64,000 bases of DNA from an uncultured delta proteobacterium (GCA_963817385.1 CAWFOM010000020.1:1-64000), one strand, 5' to 3'. Shown: positions 48,045 to 59,035, counted from the stretch's first letter. The notes: generated by a model not told the origin, from the sequence alone. Numbers and translations: made by a program.

Positions 48045-48827
48045 ATGGGCCTGCATGCATTTTTTCTCAAACGGATCGTTCTTTATTCCGGAGTAGTCAT
48101 CATAATCCTTGCCTTCGGAGGATGCAGCCGGCCGGCTGTCCGGCATCCCGCCCCGCCGGTGAAGGCCTTGGAGCGCAAGGCGGTTCCCCATCTCGGCTAT
48201 ACGATCCAGGCGGGGGCCTTCACCCAGGCGGAAAACGCCGCCCGTCTGACCCGCGCTCTTCAGCAGAGGGAAGTCGATGCGACCTATTTCGCAGCCGGCA
48301 AAGGGCTCTACAAGGTACGTTTTGGCAACTTCCCGACCCGGGAGCTCGCCCGCGCCCGGGCGGAAGAGATCCGCGGCGCGGGCATCATCGAAGAATATTA
48401 CCTCGTCGCTCCCGGGGAGTATCCGGCGGCGCGGCGGGAGGAACTGGGCGAGGCTTACCTTCGTGAGGAAATGGTCCGGTCCGCCCGGAGTTTCCTTGGG
48501 GTTCCTTACCTCTGGGGAGGGACCTCATCCGATGCCGGTTTCGATTGCAGCGGGTTGACGATGACCGTCTATCAGCTAAGCGGGTTCGATCTTCCGCGAA
48601 CGTCGCGGGAGCAGTTCATGACGGGCAACCCCGTGGACCGCTCCTCCCTGGAAAAGGGGGACCTGATTTTTTTTGCTGAGCAGGAAGGGAAGGTCTCCCA
48701 TGTCGGCATTTATGCCGGGGGTGGCCAGTTCATCCACGCCGCAGGGAAAGGGAAACGAATCCGGGTCGATTTCCTTTCGCAGGACTATTATCGCCGGATG
48801 TATCTCGGGGCGCGGTCGTATCTATAA
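48045..48827 (+). CDS. Lipoprotein with SPOR and NlpC/P60 domains (cell-wall endopeptidase)
   Basis: Lipobox FGGC; IQAGAF...YKVRFG SPOR; PYLWGG..FDCSG, HVGIY, FIHA. Confidence 0.92.
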   Translation: MGLHAFFLKRIVLYSGVVIIILAFGGCSRPAVRHPAPPVKALERKAVPHLGYTIQAGAFTQAENAARLTRALQQREVDATYFAAGKGLYKVRFGNFPTRELARARAEEIRGAGIIEEYYLVAPGEYPAARREELGEAYLREEMVRSARSFLGVPYLWGGTSSDAGFDCSGLTMTVYQLSGFDLPRTSREQFMTGNPVDRSSLEKGDLIFFAEQEGKVSHVGIYAGGGQFIHAAGKGKRIRVDFLSQDYYRRMYLGARSYL

Positions 48828-48982
48828 AATCCCTTCGCGCAGGGCTTGATGAACGTTCCGTTTTTTAGTATGGTTCCCGGTGTCATCAGGCAAAACCGTG
48901 GAAATGTCTTCGCGCATCATCGCGAACGCATCTCTTCTCCGTTTACGCATGCTTGCTTCACCGCGGTGACCAACGAGGTGTT

Positions 48983-51499
48983 ATGCCCTTTCATCCTTGG
49001 CTGGCAATCCCGATCTGCCTTACTCTCGGATTCTCCGGCTGTATGAAGACAGTTGAACAGGTGGTCGTGCCGCCTCCCGTGCAGAAGGCCCGGATCGAAC
49101 TCACGGGACCCTACGACGGAGATATCCCCCGGGAATATCAGGACCGCCTGCGGGGCGTTGACGCCGACGACTGGACCATCCCCCCTGTTTTTCTTACCGT
49201 GGCGGGCTATTTCGAGATGGAGGGGGAAGAGGGGAAGGCGCTCCACTTTCTGGACAGGGCCGCGGCGGCATTTGTCCGGAAGAGTGATTCATCCGGTGAG
49301 GCCCTGGTCTTCTGCCGGAAGGCTATCGTGTTGATGCATGCCGGTCGAGAGAGCGATGCCCTTGATCTGCTGCGGGAGGGGGCCGAAAGATGGACAACAC
49401 CGCCTCTCAGGGCCTTTCCCGAATACGTTGATGGCCGCTACGCCCTTGAGCATGGCGATTTTATGCGCGCCCGGGATCTCCTCCGGCGTTCCCTCCAGGA
49501 CAACACGAATTTTCAGAAAGATCTCCATCTCCTCCAGTTGAAGCGGGATACGGAACTTGCCGCCGGGATAGCCGCGGTTCTGTCGGAACATTTACCCCGC
49601 CTCACGGCGGCGTACGGCCTGCCGGAAACGCCGGAGGCGGAGAAGAGCCGTGCCGGTGAAGGCAGGGCACACCTTGATGCGGCACTGGTCATAAACAGAG
49701 AACTGCAGCAGACGAAGATCGGAGAGTTAATCCCCGCTCGCGTTTTTGAGTGGTGCCGGGCCGAGGCATACGCCTTTCTGGGTCTCGACATGGGAATGCG
49801 GGGCAGCATGGAGGAATCGTTTCGTCACCTCGGTTATGCGACGGATTTGTCGCGACGCGCCGGCTTCCGTGAGGGCGAGATCCTGAGTCTCGTCTTTCTG
49901 GGCGAACTCGGGTTCGGCGGGAGGAACCGCATCGAAGGGTTTCGGGCAGCCGGGATGCTCAGGGAAGGGGCGGACCGCTACCGCGCAGCGCCCTATCGCA
50001 TCTGGGCACGGCTCCTCCTGGCCCGCTATGACCGTGAGGAGGGACGTTTCGGAGAGGCGATAGCGGCTCTGCAGGAGGCGGACGCGATCGTTGTAAGCCG
50101 GAGATCCGGAGCGGACGCGGGGATGTTCTCTGCGGTATGCCTGCGTCAGCGCCGGGTAGTCTATGAAACCCTCGTTGCGCTTTTTGCCGGTGAGGGGCGC
50201 GCCGGCGACGCCTTGACGTCGGCAGAGAAGGCAAAAGCGCTCATGACCGCGGATCTTCTGGCGGGCCAGGATATCGGCGGGAGCGCCGCCGGGCGTGAGC
50301 TGCTCCGGCGGAAAACGGACATCGGGGAAACGATCGGGCTTCTCCAGCGGCGTATCCTGAGGGTATCCGGTGAAGCGGCTACCCGCCGGCTTCTGGAGCG
50401 ACTCGCCGGCGCCGAAGCTCATTACCATGATCTGCTCGGCCGCCTGGGAGCGGAGGATGAGAAACTCCTCTCCCTGGTATCCGTTCGTGGGATCGAACCT
50501 TCTTCACTGCAGGCGCTGTTGGATAAGGAAACCACGCTATTCGACTACTTTGCGACGGACGGAAGCCTCTATGTCTGGGCCGTCAACCGCGAACGGATTC
50601 ATCTGGAGCGGATCGCTCTCACCCGGGAGGCATTGAGGAGTCTCGTATTTTCCGTTCTCGATGCAATTCACGGGAAAAGCAAAAGGAGAACGGAGAGCCT
50701 CTCCCGCAAGGCATATGATCTGCTCCTCAAACCGGTCATTCCGTTCGTTTCCGGGGAGCGGATCGGATTCATCCCCGATGACTGCCTCAGCTATTTTCCG
50801 TTTGCAGCAATGAATTACCGGGGGAAGTTCCTGGTTGAAGGTTTTTCCCTCTTTCATCTCTCCGGCGCCGGCCTGCTCGAACAGGTCATGCCGGGAAAGG
50901 CCCCGACCGGCCTCAAGATACTCGCCTTCGGAGACCCCGATCTGGAAAACGAGACGCTGGATCTCCACCACGCAAAAGAGGAGCTGGCGCAGATCCGCAA
51001 GCGGATCGGCAACTCGACTCTTCTCCTCAATGAGCAGGCGTCGGAGGCGAAGGTGACCGAGATGATAGCGGGCTATGACGTCCTCCATTTTGCCGTCCGT
51101 GGACAGTTTTATCCCGATGCGCCTCTCCGTTCTGGTCTCCTGCTTACGCCGGGCGCCGGTCAGGACGGTACCCTGAGCGTTCTCGAGATCTTCCGGCTTC
51201 GCTATCAGGGACGAGCCGTAGTGCTCAGCGGCTGTGATCCCTTGCCGGAGAAGGATCCGGAGGGGAACGCTCTCTCCACACTCCGGCAGGCGTTTCACTA
51301 TGCGGGAAGCCCATCCGTCGTCTCGAACCTCTGGCTTGTTGATGATCGGGCGGCATCCGATCTCCTGGATATCTTCTACCGACAGCTGGCGAAAAACGAG
51401 ACCCTTGCCGATTCTCTGCGGGCGGCACAGCTCCGTCTGCTCAGGGAGGGGTATCCTCCCTATGTCTGGGCGGCTTTTGTCCTGACGGGGAGGCAGTAA
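48983..51499 (+). CDS. TPR-like helical / CHAT domain lipoprotein (probably catalytically inactive)
   Basis: Lipobox FSGC, helical repeats, CHAT motifs [39 protein letters not shown]. Confidence 0.85.
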   Translation: MPFHPWLAIPICLTLGFSGCMKTVEQVVVPPPVQKARIELTGPYDGDIPREYQDRLRGVDADDWTIPPVFLTVAGYFEMEGEEGKALHFLDRAAAAFVRKSDSSGEALVFCRKAIVLMHAGRESDALDLLREGAERWTTPPLRAFPEYVDGRYALEHGDFMRARDLLRRSLQDNTNFQKDLHLLQLKRDTELAAGIAAVLSEHLPRLTAAYGLPETPEAEKSRAGEGRAHLDAALVINRELQQTKIGELIPARVFEWCRAEAYAFLGLDMGMRGSMEESFRHLGYATDLSRRAGFREGEILSLVFLGELGFGGRNRIEGFRAAGMLREGADRYRAAPYRIWARLLLARYDREEGRFGEAIAALQEADAIVVSRRSGADAGMFSAVCLRQRRVVYETLVALFAGEGRAGDALTSAEKAKALMTADLLAGQDIGGSAAGRELLRRKTDIGETIGLLQRRILRVSGEAATRRLLERLAGAEAHYHDLLGRLGAEDEKLLSLVSVRGIEPSSLQALLDKETTLFDYFATDGSLYVWAVNRERIHLERIALTREALRSLVFSVLDAIHGKSKRRTESLSRKAYDLLLKPVIPFVSGERIGFIPDDCLSYFPFAAMNYRGKFLVEGFSLFHLSGAGLLEQVMPGKAPTGLKILAFGDPDLENETLDLHHAKEELAQIRKRIGNSTLLLNEQASEAKVTEMIAGYDVLHFAVRGQFYPDAPLRSGLLLTPGAGQDGTLSVLEIFRLRYQGRAVVLSGCDPLPEKDPEGNALSTLRQAFHYAGSPSVVSNLWLVDDRAASDLLDIFYRQLAKNETLADSLRAAQLRLLREGYPPYVWAAFVLTGRQ

Positions 51500-51548
51500 A
51501 GAAACAGCCGACCGCTGCGCCGGTCGAGAAAGAAAAGGTGCGATTCAC

Positions 51549-52607
51549 ATGGATTTTGAAAATTTGCTGGTTACCGGTGGGTGCGGTTTCATCGGGAGCA
51601 ACTTCATCCGCCATCTACTCGCGAAAACGGATTTCCGGGGGAGGATCATTAATGCAGACAACCTGACCTATGCGGGAAATCCGGAAAACCTCGACGGTAT
51701 CGGGGAGGCCTGGCCGGGTCGTTATCTCTTCCGGAAGGCGGACATTTGCGATGCGCCTCTGGTCCGGGATCTCTTCGACGAGTACGGGATCGACGCCGTC
51801 TGTCATTTTGCCGCCGAGTCCCATGTCGACCGCTCAATCCTGAGGCCTGGCGGTTTCATTCAGACCAATATCCTGGGGACCTTCAATCTCCTCGAAGCGG
51901 CGCGGGGCAGGGGAAGGAGCTTCCGGCTCTTCCACCACATCAGCACCGACGAGGTGTACGGCAGCCTCGGTCCGGAAGGGTCATTCACCGAAGAGACGCC
52001 TTACCGTCCGAACAGCCCCTACTCCGCCTCCAAGGCCTCGTCCGACCATCTCGTCCGGGCCTACCATGAAACCTATGGCCTGCCGACGACGCTTTCCAAC
52101 TGTTCCAACAACTACGGCCCCTACCAGTTCCCGGAAAAGCTTATCCCGCTCGTGGTTCTCAACGCCTTGGAAGGGAAACCCCTCCCCGTCTACGGAGACG
52201 GGCGGAACGTCCGCGACTGGCTCTACGTTACGGACCACTGCGAGGCGATCCTGACGATCATGCGGCGGGGCCGGCGCGGGGAGACCTACAACGTCGGCGG
52301 TCATGCGGAGATGGAAAACATCGCCATCGTGGAGATGATCTGCGATCTCGTGGATGAATGCGCGCCGCTTCCCGCAGGGGGGGCCAGGCGGCGGCTGATC
52401 ACCTTCGTGAAGGACCGACCCGGCCACGACCGGCGCTATGCGATTGACTTCGAGAAACTGCACAGGGAACTCGGCTGGTCTCCCGTGGAGTCCTTCCCCT
52501 CAGGCCTCCGGAAGACCGTACGGTGGTACGTCGAGAATCGGGCCTGGAGTGAGCGAATCAGGAGCGGAGAGTACCGCGCCTGGATCAGCGAGCAGTATGG
52601 GGAGTAG
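51549..52607 (+). CDS. rfbB: dTDP-glucose 4,6-dehydratase
   Basis: [46 protein letters not shown]. Confidence 0.97.
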   Translation: MDFENLLVTGGCGFIGSNFIRHLLAKTDFRGRIINADNLTYAGNPENLDGIGEAWPGRYLFRKADICDAPLVRDLFDEYGIDAVCHFAAESHVDRSILRPGGFIQTNILGTFNLLEAARGRGRSFRLFHHISTDEVYGSLGPEGSFTEETPYRPNSPYSASKASSDHLVRAYHETYGLPTTLSNCSNNYGPYQFPEKLIPLVVLNALEGKPLPVYGDGRNVRDWLYVTDHCEAILTIMRRGRRGETYNVGGHAEMENIAIVEMICDLVDECAPLPAGGARRRLITFVKDRPGHDRRYAIDFEKLHRELGWSPVESFPSGLRKTVRWYVENRAWSERIRSGEYRAWISEQYGE

Positions 52608-52643
52608 GCGGGACGCCCTTCAGGAAAAGGGCGTCCCGCCTCC
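52606..52643. terminator. GC-rich hairpin after rfbB
   Basis: AGGCGGGACGCCCTT-cagga-AAAGGGCGTCCCGCCT; no U-tract, so possibly a stabilising or non-canonical terminator. Confidence 0.5.
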
Positions 52644-52728
52644 ATCCGCCAGGCCGTGTGACCGTCGTTTGCGCAAACCGGGACGATTTCGCGGGGAGAT
52701 CAGAAGGGGGTGCAGTCTCTCTTTAGAG

Positions 52729-52757
52729 TTGACAATAGGGATAAAAGACGTTACATG
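52729..52757 (+). promoter_or_regulatory. Putative sigma70 promoter TTGACA-N17-TACATG for the methyltransferase
   Basis: Perfect -35, 17 nt spacer. Confidence 0.45.
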
Positions 52758-52822
52758 GACCAACGCGAACGCACCGGCGTAGTGCCGGTCATCATGAGAG
52801 AAAACTGACGAAGGAGAATTCT

Positions 52823-53659
52823 GTGGGGAGACGGCCAGTTTTTTACATTATGGAACATGAGGAGGAGACCGACCGCCTTGAAAAGAAAACCGATCCTTCC
52901 GATGTGCGCAGACAGGCCCAATGGTGCGGGATAAAACCGGGTCAGCGTCTCTTGGATGTATGCTGCGGCCCGGGGAAGACAACGGCGATCCTCCACGATC
53001 TCATTCAACCGGGGGGATCCATTGTCGGTTTTGACGCCTCCTCCAAACGGATTGCCCATGCCACAAAACACTATGGAAACAAAGCGGGCATTGAATTTGC
53101 CATCCACGATATACTGGAGCCGTCGACTCGTTTGGGTACTTTCGATGCGATCTGGGTCCGGTTCGTTCTGGAATATTACCGTGAGGAAAGCAAGGATATC
53201 GTCCGGAATCTTGCGGATAATCTCAATCCGGGCGGCGCTCTGCTTCTGATCGACCTTGATTATAATTGCCTGAGCCATTACGCACTGCCGTTGCCAATGG
53301 CAAAGATCATCCCCGAAATCTTCAATCGTCTGGAAAAGGTCTATAACTTCGACGCCTATGCGGGCCGTAAACTTTACTCCCATCTTTTTGATCTTGGCTT
53401 CGAAGACATCGAGATCCAGGTCACCGCCCATCACGTCATTTATGGCTCGATCCGGAATATTGACAGTTACAACTGGACAAAGAAAATTGAGGTGATCGCC
53501 CCGCGGTTAGCCGATCTTTTCGAGACATATCCCGGGGGATATCAGGCGTTTCTCATGGATTTCCGTACTTATTTCCATGATCCCCGGCGGTTCACCTATA
53601 CCCCTCTCATCATGTGCAAAGGGAAAAAGCCGACAAACGGCGCCCCCGATCAATCCTGA
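52823..53659 (+). CDS. Class I SAM-dependent (small-molecule type) methyltransferase
   Basis: LLDVCCGPG motif I, GFD, FDAIWVRFVLEY, LNPGG; AAGGAG RBS before GTG. Confidence 0.9.
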   Translation: MGRRPVFYIMEHEEETDRLEKKTDPSDVRRQAQWCGIKPGQRLLDVCCGPGKTTAILHDLIQPGGSIVGFDASSKRIAHATKHYGNKAGIEFAIHDILEPSTRLGTFDAIWVRFVLEYYREESKDIVRNLADNLNPGGALLLIDLDYNCLSHYALPLPMAKIIPEIFNRLEKVYNFDAYAGRKLYSHLFDLGFEDIEIQVTAHHVIYGSIRNIDSYNWTKKIEVIAPRLADLFETYPGGYQAFLMDFRTYFHDPRRFTYTPLIMCKGKKPTNGAPDQS

Positions 53660-55968
53660 GCGGCATCGTCAAAATGAAAACGATTGGTAGAAAACAGGGA
53701 GAGACAGGAATCCACCACCTCCGCATCATAAGTCACCCCTCGGTTGACGCGAATCTCGTTCAATGCCTTTTCCAAACCAAGTGAAGGGCGGTAGGGACGA
53801 TGGCCCGACATGGCCTCAACCACATCGGCCACGGTGATGATCCGCGCCTCAAGGATGATCTGATCCCCGGTGATCATCAGGGGGTAACCGGAACCGTCCA
53901 TTTTTTCATGGTGCTGGTAGACGATCTGGGAGATCGGTGGCGGGAAATCGACCTTGTTCAAAATGCTGTATCCCGTTTCGGGGTGGTTCTTGATCAGGGC
54001 GAACTCACCGGCATTCAATTTCCCCGGTTTGCTGAGAATTTCTCCGGGGATATTGATTTTCCCGATGTCATGGATGAGTCCGGCGATATGGATCGTTTTG
54101 ATCCGCTCGTCCGGTAACCCCATCTCGCGGGCGATGGCCGAAGCCAGGTCGGCCACTTTCCGCTGGTGACCAGCCGTATAGGGGTCACGGGATTCCGCAA
54201 TAAGCGAAATGACGCTGATCGTGCTGGACATGGCCATCTGGAGTTTTTCATAGCTTTTTTTCAATTCGATCTCGGAGCGCTTCAGATCGGTAACATCTTT
54301 GAAGATACCGACGATGCTGTCCACGCGGCCATCCACATCAATGTTTGGGGCGCAATTAAAGGAGAAGTTATGTTCAATCCCCGAACTGCTCAGGAGGGTC
54401 AGTAAGATATCCATCAGAGTCTCTTTATTGTCCTTGACCCGCTTCACCAACTGGTTGAGGAAGTGGAGATCCTGCTCCTGCACAAATTCGGTAAGATATT
54501 TACCGACCACCTCCTCCGGGCGGTGATTAAGAATTCGTTCCCAGACCGGATTTACATACGTCAACGTCCCTTCCGTATCGAGAGTAAAGATGATATCCGG
54601 CGCGCTTTCCGCCAGTATCCGGAATCGTTTCTCTCGTTCGCGGAGTTTTTCGTAAATGCGGGCATTGTTGATGCTGATCCCGATCTGGGGAGCGATACCC
54701 ATGAGCAGGCTGATATCCGTCTCGTTAAGGAGGCGCTTGGAACGCAGGTTGTCAACGGCCAGAACCCCCTCCGACCTGCCTTCGTAGGTGATCGGAACGC
54801 AGATAAAGGAACGGCTAGCCATCCTTTTGGCGAACTCCATGCTCTTCGGCGAGAGATCCTTTTCGATCTCGCTGATGTCGTTGATGAGAAACGGTGTCTG
54901 TTTCTTGAAGGAGACGGCGAAGGCTCCCCGTGAATCCGGATTCTCGAGGGAAAATTCCGTTTTTTTCAAGAACTCTTCATGCTCCGAAGAGTATCCGTAG
55001 CCCGATGTGTAGACAAGACGGGTCCGGTCGCTGTTGGCTAACAGAACGAGTCCCCGGCTGAATTCGAGGTTCTTTTCCAGAGTGGACAGGACATACTTCA
55101 GCAATAGCTCGGTCTCGAGAATGCTCGATGTATATTGGCCGATCTCCCTGATGAGAACGGCATTGTTGTAACGGACATTGATTTGATCCAGGAGTGTTTC
55201 CGCCATGTCCCCGCTGTTCGTGATGATGTTTTTCAACTCCTGTTTTTCCAGGATCGCGGTGTACAGGAAGGTGCATAAGGTGAGCAAGATCGCCAGGGAG
55301 GAGAACCAGAGGACATGCTTCCCCGAAAAGGCGATCAGCAGAACCATCAATACCAGCACTGACAGAAGCGTCGTATAATAGCTGACCCGTTTCCAGAGCG
55401 AGGACCGGATCAGCTCCCAGGTAATGAGATACCGACAGTGGTCCCCCCCCTCATGCATGCAGACGGGATGATCGATATGGGCGTATTTACCGGTCAGCAG
55501 TTTTGAAATACCTTCGAAATAACCCTTCCGGTTTTCACATTGGTAGGGTTTCTCCTCGACGCCGGGTTTCTGCCGGACCGTGATTTCGACCTGGTTATTT
55601 TTTAAGGTGTGGGTTTCGAGCAACGTGGCCCGGCTTAACTGATGGCATAGCTTACTGATGACCGAATACGCCGCTTTGGGGGTGATGAAACCGGACACAT
55701 AATGAGGCATGGCGCCGGAGGCCTTGGCAAAAGGAGCAAAGCGTCCCGCTTCCAGGGCAATATCGGAATTACCGGTCAGACGCACCACGATTTCGTGGAA
55801 ACGGTCCACTTGGTTTTGATTGAACCAGTGGCCTTCATCGTTGAGCTGGTAGATGGTGATCCCCGAATAGTCGAGGACGGTCTTGACATCCAGATTCGGG
55901 TAGTGCGATCCGAGATACTCCATGAAGGTCTGAATGATCCTGCTGTTGTAGAGAGCGGAATTATTCAT
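53650..55968 (-). CDS. HD-GYP c-di-GMP phosphodiesterase with N-terminal V4R/H-NOX-like sensor, 2 TM, GAF and PAS
   Basis: N-terminus ...TGNSDIALEAGRF...CENRKG...HPVCMHEGGDHCRYLITW; GAF; PAS; RDPYTAGHQ, HDIGK, HHEKMDGSGYP, RPYR. Confidence 0.92.
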   Translation of the reverse strand: MNNSALYNSRIIQTFMEYLGSHYPNLDVKTVLDYSGITIYQLNDEGHWFNQNQVDRFHEIVVRLTGNSDIALEAGRFAPFAKASGAMPHYVSGFITPKAAYSVISKLCHQLSRATLLETHTLKNNQVEITVRQKPGVEEKPYQCENRKGYFEGISKLLTGKYAHIDHPVCMHEGGDHCRYLITWELIRSSLWKRVSYYTTLLSVLVLMVLLIAFSGKHVLWFSSLAILLTLCTFLYTAILEKQELKNIITNSGDMAETLLDQINVRYNNAVLIREIGQYTSSILETELLLKYVLSTLEKNLEFSRGLVLLANSDRTRLVYTSGYGYSSEHEEFLKKTEFSLENPDSRGAFAVSFKKQTPFLINDISEIEKDLSPKSMEFAKRMASRSFICVPITYEGRSEGVLAVDNLRSKRLLNETDISLLMGIAPQIGISINNARIYEKLREREKRFRILAESAPDIIFTLDTEGTLTYVNPVWERILNHRPEEVVGKYLTEFVQEQDLHFLNQLVKRVKDNKETLMDILLTLLSSSGIEHNFSFNCAPNIDVDGRVDSIVGIFKDVTDLKRSEIELKKSYEKLQMAMSSTISVISLIAESRDPYTAGHQRKVADLASAIAREMGLPDERIKTIHIAGLIHDIGKINIPGEILSKPGKLNAGEFALIKNHPETGYSILNKVDFPPPISQIVYQHHEKMDGSGYPLMITGDQIILEARIITVADVVEAMSGHRPYRPSLGLEKALNEIRVNRGVTYDAEVVDSCLSLFSTNRFHFDDAAQD

Positions 55969-58097
55969 TTCGGTACCATTTTTCTCATGAGGTATTTGAA
56001 GATGAGTCGAGGCGTGATCCTTGTTTTTTTATCCATATAATCCAGATATTCCTTTGCATGTTGCGTATCGATAATCCATAGGTCGTACTGTCGGTCAACT
56101 TTCACTCCCTGCTCGGCGGGATAGGTTGCCGGATAGATCAAGAGCGTTACATTTTCAGTGCGGTATTCCGGTGTCAGACGGGACAGTGCCGCGCTCAGGA
56201 TCTCCCAGGGGAGTCCTGCTGGATCGATTACGATGACGGTTATGCTGTTGAGAAGCTCGGAGAGGTTTAAGCCGGGGGATGAGTGGTTGACGACAAAAAA
56301 GGCCTTCAGCACCTTTTCTCGGGTCAGCGCATGGAAGCGCCATTTCCGAAAGAAACCGTGACGCCGGTAGATCTCTTCCAGGGATTCATGACCCTCCTCC
56401 GGTTGTCCGAGACGAAGGACATCCAGGAAGAGGCCACCGGAGGCGTTTCGATAGTAACGTTCCAGTTCCGGGAGGTGGCAGGTGTCAAAGTCCGTGAGCT
56501 GCCAGCCTTGGGGGAATGGGTTCGGCAGTCTGCCGGTTGGATGGCTCGTGTAGGCAAAGAGGTCTAGAGAACACGCCTGTGGATTACCAAGGTCCCGGGC
56601 GAATCCGCCGAAGAAAAGGTTAGGGAAGTAATTATCGGGGCGAAAATAAACGATCATATGATCCATCCGGCTGGATGGATATCGCAAGAACCCGTCGCAG
56701 AATTGATGGAGGTTCTTCAGGACAAAAAGCCCCATGCGCCTACCGTTTAGCGGCCTTGCCGCGAGGTGATGGACCATCCATGCCCGCTGATACGCCCGAA
56801 CGATGGAGACATGACCATAGATCTGGCCATTCTTTTCGCAGGTGAAATGGGCTTCGATATCCTGATCTTCATGGTAGAGCCTCCGGTAAGTTTCCTTGAA
56901 ATCATCGCGGGAGGATTGGAAGAGATGGTATTTCTTGGGGTAGATGAAACCCGTATTGAAAAAAAATTCCCACAGGGCGTCCATCTCCACATCGCTGGTA
57001 AAACAGGCCTGCGAACTGCCGGCATGGACAATGATGTGGCTGAGTCGACGGTAGGACCGGAAATCCATATCGAGGATCGCCAGACCGTAACGGACCAATC
57101 CTTTCACCGCGGCGCGCCGGTAGATGATCTGTGCATTACAGGTCATCTTGGGCGTTCCTGCGTGGCGGATCTCCATGTTGGGAATGATCATCCCCGGTAT
57201 CAATACCCCTTCAGTGGTTTTTTCCTCCACAGAGAAACCGGCAAACGATACGTCGCGAATGTCCCTCTGGATCGGTTTCCGGAAGAAGGGGTGTTCGAAA
57301 TGGGCGGAGAGGGGGGGGGTGACTCGCAGACGCGGAGTACGGAGCTTGTTTTTCTGGAAGCGCTGGATCTCCTGCCCGAGCGGTTCAAGGACCAGCTCCC
57401 TCTCAAACAGGCTTCCTATCTGACGAACGCAACGACAGGGTCCGGAAAAGAGTATCTTCTGCCCGTTCCGGAGATAAATCATGCATTGACTTTGTCCGTT
57501 CAGCCAGATGAAAGATCCGCCTGCATCCGGGATCAACCGGACGCGAAACGCGAGGGGATTAAAGTCGATGAGTTCACCGCGGGCCAGGAAACCGCTCTGG
57601 GTAAGGCCGACGTCGATACCTTGAGCCGTATGTCTCTTGATGCTACGTTTCCCCAGGAGATACCCTTTTTCCGGAAGTCTCGCAGTCAATCCGTTTTCAT
57701 GGAGAGTGGTCACACGGATCGGGAGCAGGATCAGTGAGAGGCCGTCCGACATGATCACATGGGGGATCGTCGCCCCATCCGGAAGCGGGGTTGACCCTTC
57801 CACCCAGCGGCAGGCGATCTGCCCCTGCGGGCTGGCGTCGAGGTGAGCCCGGAGGAGAAAGTCCTCCCCATATTGCGGGTCGATGGCGTGGACCATGACC
57901 GTGCCATTGGTGAAATTGATGTAGTTGAGCGTATTGATCATCCCCTTCTGTTTGACGAGGGGAGCGGAACGAATGGCCTGGAAGATATCCTGATGATGGA
58001 AGGGTCGGGACGGCAGAGGGAGTTCTCCATCGGCGAGCCTCTGCAGCTCTTCCATCTCCACGGTAAAACAGCGACCTTTCCTGTCTTGGACCATCAT
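55965..58097 (-). CDS. Tandem PilZ domain protein with C-terminal GNAT/acyltransferase-like region
   Basis: KRSIKRH...IDFNPLAF and KLRTPRL...RDVSFAGF PilZ-like units; C-terminal IYGHVSIVRAYQRAWMVHHLAARP...RMGLF GNAT-like pattern. Confidence 0.75.
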   Translation of the reverse strand: MMVQDRKGRCFTVEMEELQRLADGELPLPSRPFHHQDIFQAIRSAPLVKQKGMINTLNYINFTNGTVMVHAIDPQYGEDFLLRAHLDASPQGQIACRWVEGSTPLPDGATIPHVIMSDGLSLILLPIRVTTLHENGLTARLPEKGYLLGKRSIKRHTAQGIDVGLTQSGFLARGELIDFNPLAFRVRLIPDAGGSFIWLNGQSQCMIYLRNGQKILFSGPCRCVRQIGSLFERELVLEPLGQEIQRFQKNKLRTPRLRVTPPLSAHFEHPFFRKPIQRDIRDVSFAGFSVEEKTTEGVLIPGMIIPNMEIRHAGTPKMTCNAQIIYRRAAVKGLVRYGLAILDMDFRSYRRLSHIIVHAGSSQACFTSDVEMDALWEFFFNTGFIYPKKYHLFQSSRDDFKETYRRLYHEDQDIEAHFTCEKNGQIYGHVSIVRAYQRAWMVHHLAARPLNGRRMGLFVLKNLHQFCDGFLRYPSSRMDHMIVYFRPDNYFPNLFFGGFARDLGNPQACSLDLFAYTSHPTGRLPNPFPQGWQLTDFDTCHLPELERYYRNASGGLFLDVLRLGQPEEGHESLEEIYRRHGFFRKWRFHALTREKVLKAFFVVNHSSPGLNLSELLNSITVIVIDPAGLPWEILSAALSRLTPEYRTENVTLLIYPATYPAEQGVKVDRQYDLWIIDTQHAKEYLDYMDKKTRITPRLIFKYLMRKMVPK

Positions 58098-58537
58098 GAA
58101 TACCGGTTTGATAAGCGATATTTGGGGAAGTCGTCCCTTAATAGTCGAACGTCCTGCGGACCATTATCCGACGCACAAGATCTGCAACTTCTAAAGGCAT
58201 GAAAAATTCTAGCCTTGGAGAAATACTCTGCAATAACTTTCTTTGTCAACAAGAATATCGGTTCTTTCGGACAAAAAGTTTAATAGCAGCATCACTCACT
58301 GTTCTACCGGCGTCTTTTTTTCACGCGTTATTCTGCCCTGGTTTCTCTTGGACTGGTATATTGAGCTTGAGGTCGAAATCAAAATTTGTTAAAATGCACT
58401 ATCGGTCCCGGAGGCTTTCATGATGCCCCAATGCTCTCCGAAAAAGAGAGGGAAGTCCTATTTCGGGGCGGAGAGGTAGAGAGATCGAGTGTCTATAGAG
58501 GAGTGATATCGAACGGGCTGAAGAAAGGAGAAATCGC

Positions 58538-59035
58538 ATGTCGAAATCGGAAGATGCATTAAAAGAGGCCTTCGCGGGCGAATCCCAGGCCAATCGTAAG
58601 TATCTGGCCTTTGCCGCCAAGGCGGACCAGGAAGGGCATTCTCAGGCGGCACGCCTCTTCAGGGCAGCGGCAGCGGCAGAGACGGTCCATGCCCACAACC
58701 ACCTGCGCGCCCTCAAGGCGATCCGCAGCACCCGCGAGAACATCAAGGAGGCGGTGGCGGGCGAGACCCATGAGTTCAAGGCGATGTATCCTGCTATGAT
58801 CGAGACGGCTAAGGCCGAGGGGAATAAGGAGGCGGAGCGCTCATTCAACTATGCCAACGAAGTAGAAAAGATCCATGCCCGCCTCTATGAACAGATGCTG
58901 GTCGATCTGGCGGGTACGGGAGCGACTTATCCCTACTACGTCTGTCCTGTCTGCGGCTACACGGCCGAAGGGGGAGCGCCCGACGTTTGCCCGGTATGCG
59001 GCGCCAAGGGCAAGATGTTCAGCAAAGTGGAATAA
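58538..59035 (+). CDS. rbr: Rubrerythrin
   Basis: AFAGESQANRKY, ETVHA, GETHE, EKIH, C-terminal CPVCG...CPVCG. Confidence 0.95.
   Translation: MSKSEDALKEAFAGESQANRKYLAFAAKADQEGHSQAARLFRAAAAAETVHAHNHLRALKAIRSTRENIKEAVAGETHEFKAMYPAMIETAKAEGNKEAERSFNYANEVEKIHARLYEQMLVDLAGTGATYPYYVCPVCGYTAEGGAPDVCPVCGAKGKMFSKVE

Noticed and set aside
48983..51499. CRISPR-associated or anti-phage TPR-CHAT (Craspase-like)
   Set aside because: No Cas genes or array in the window; the protein is a predicted lipoprotein and lacks the catalytic His.
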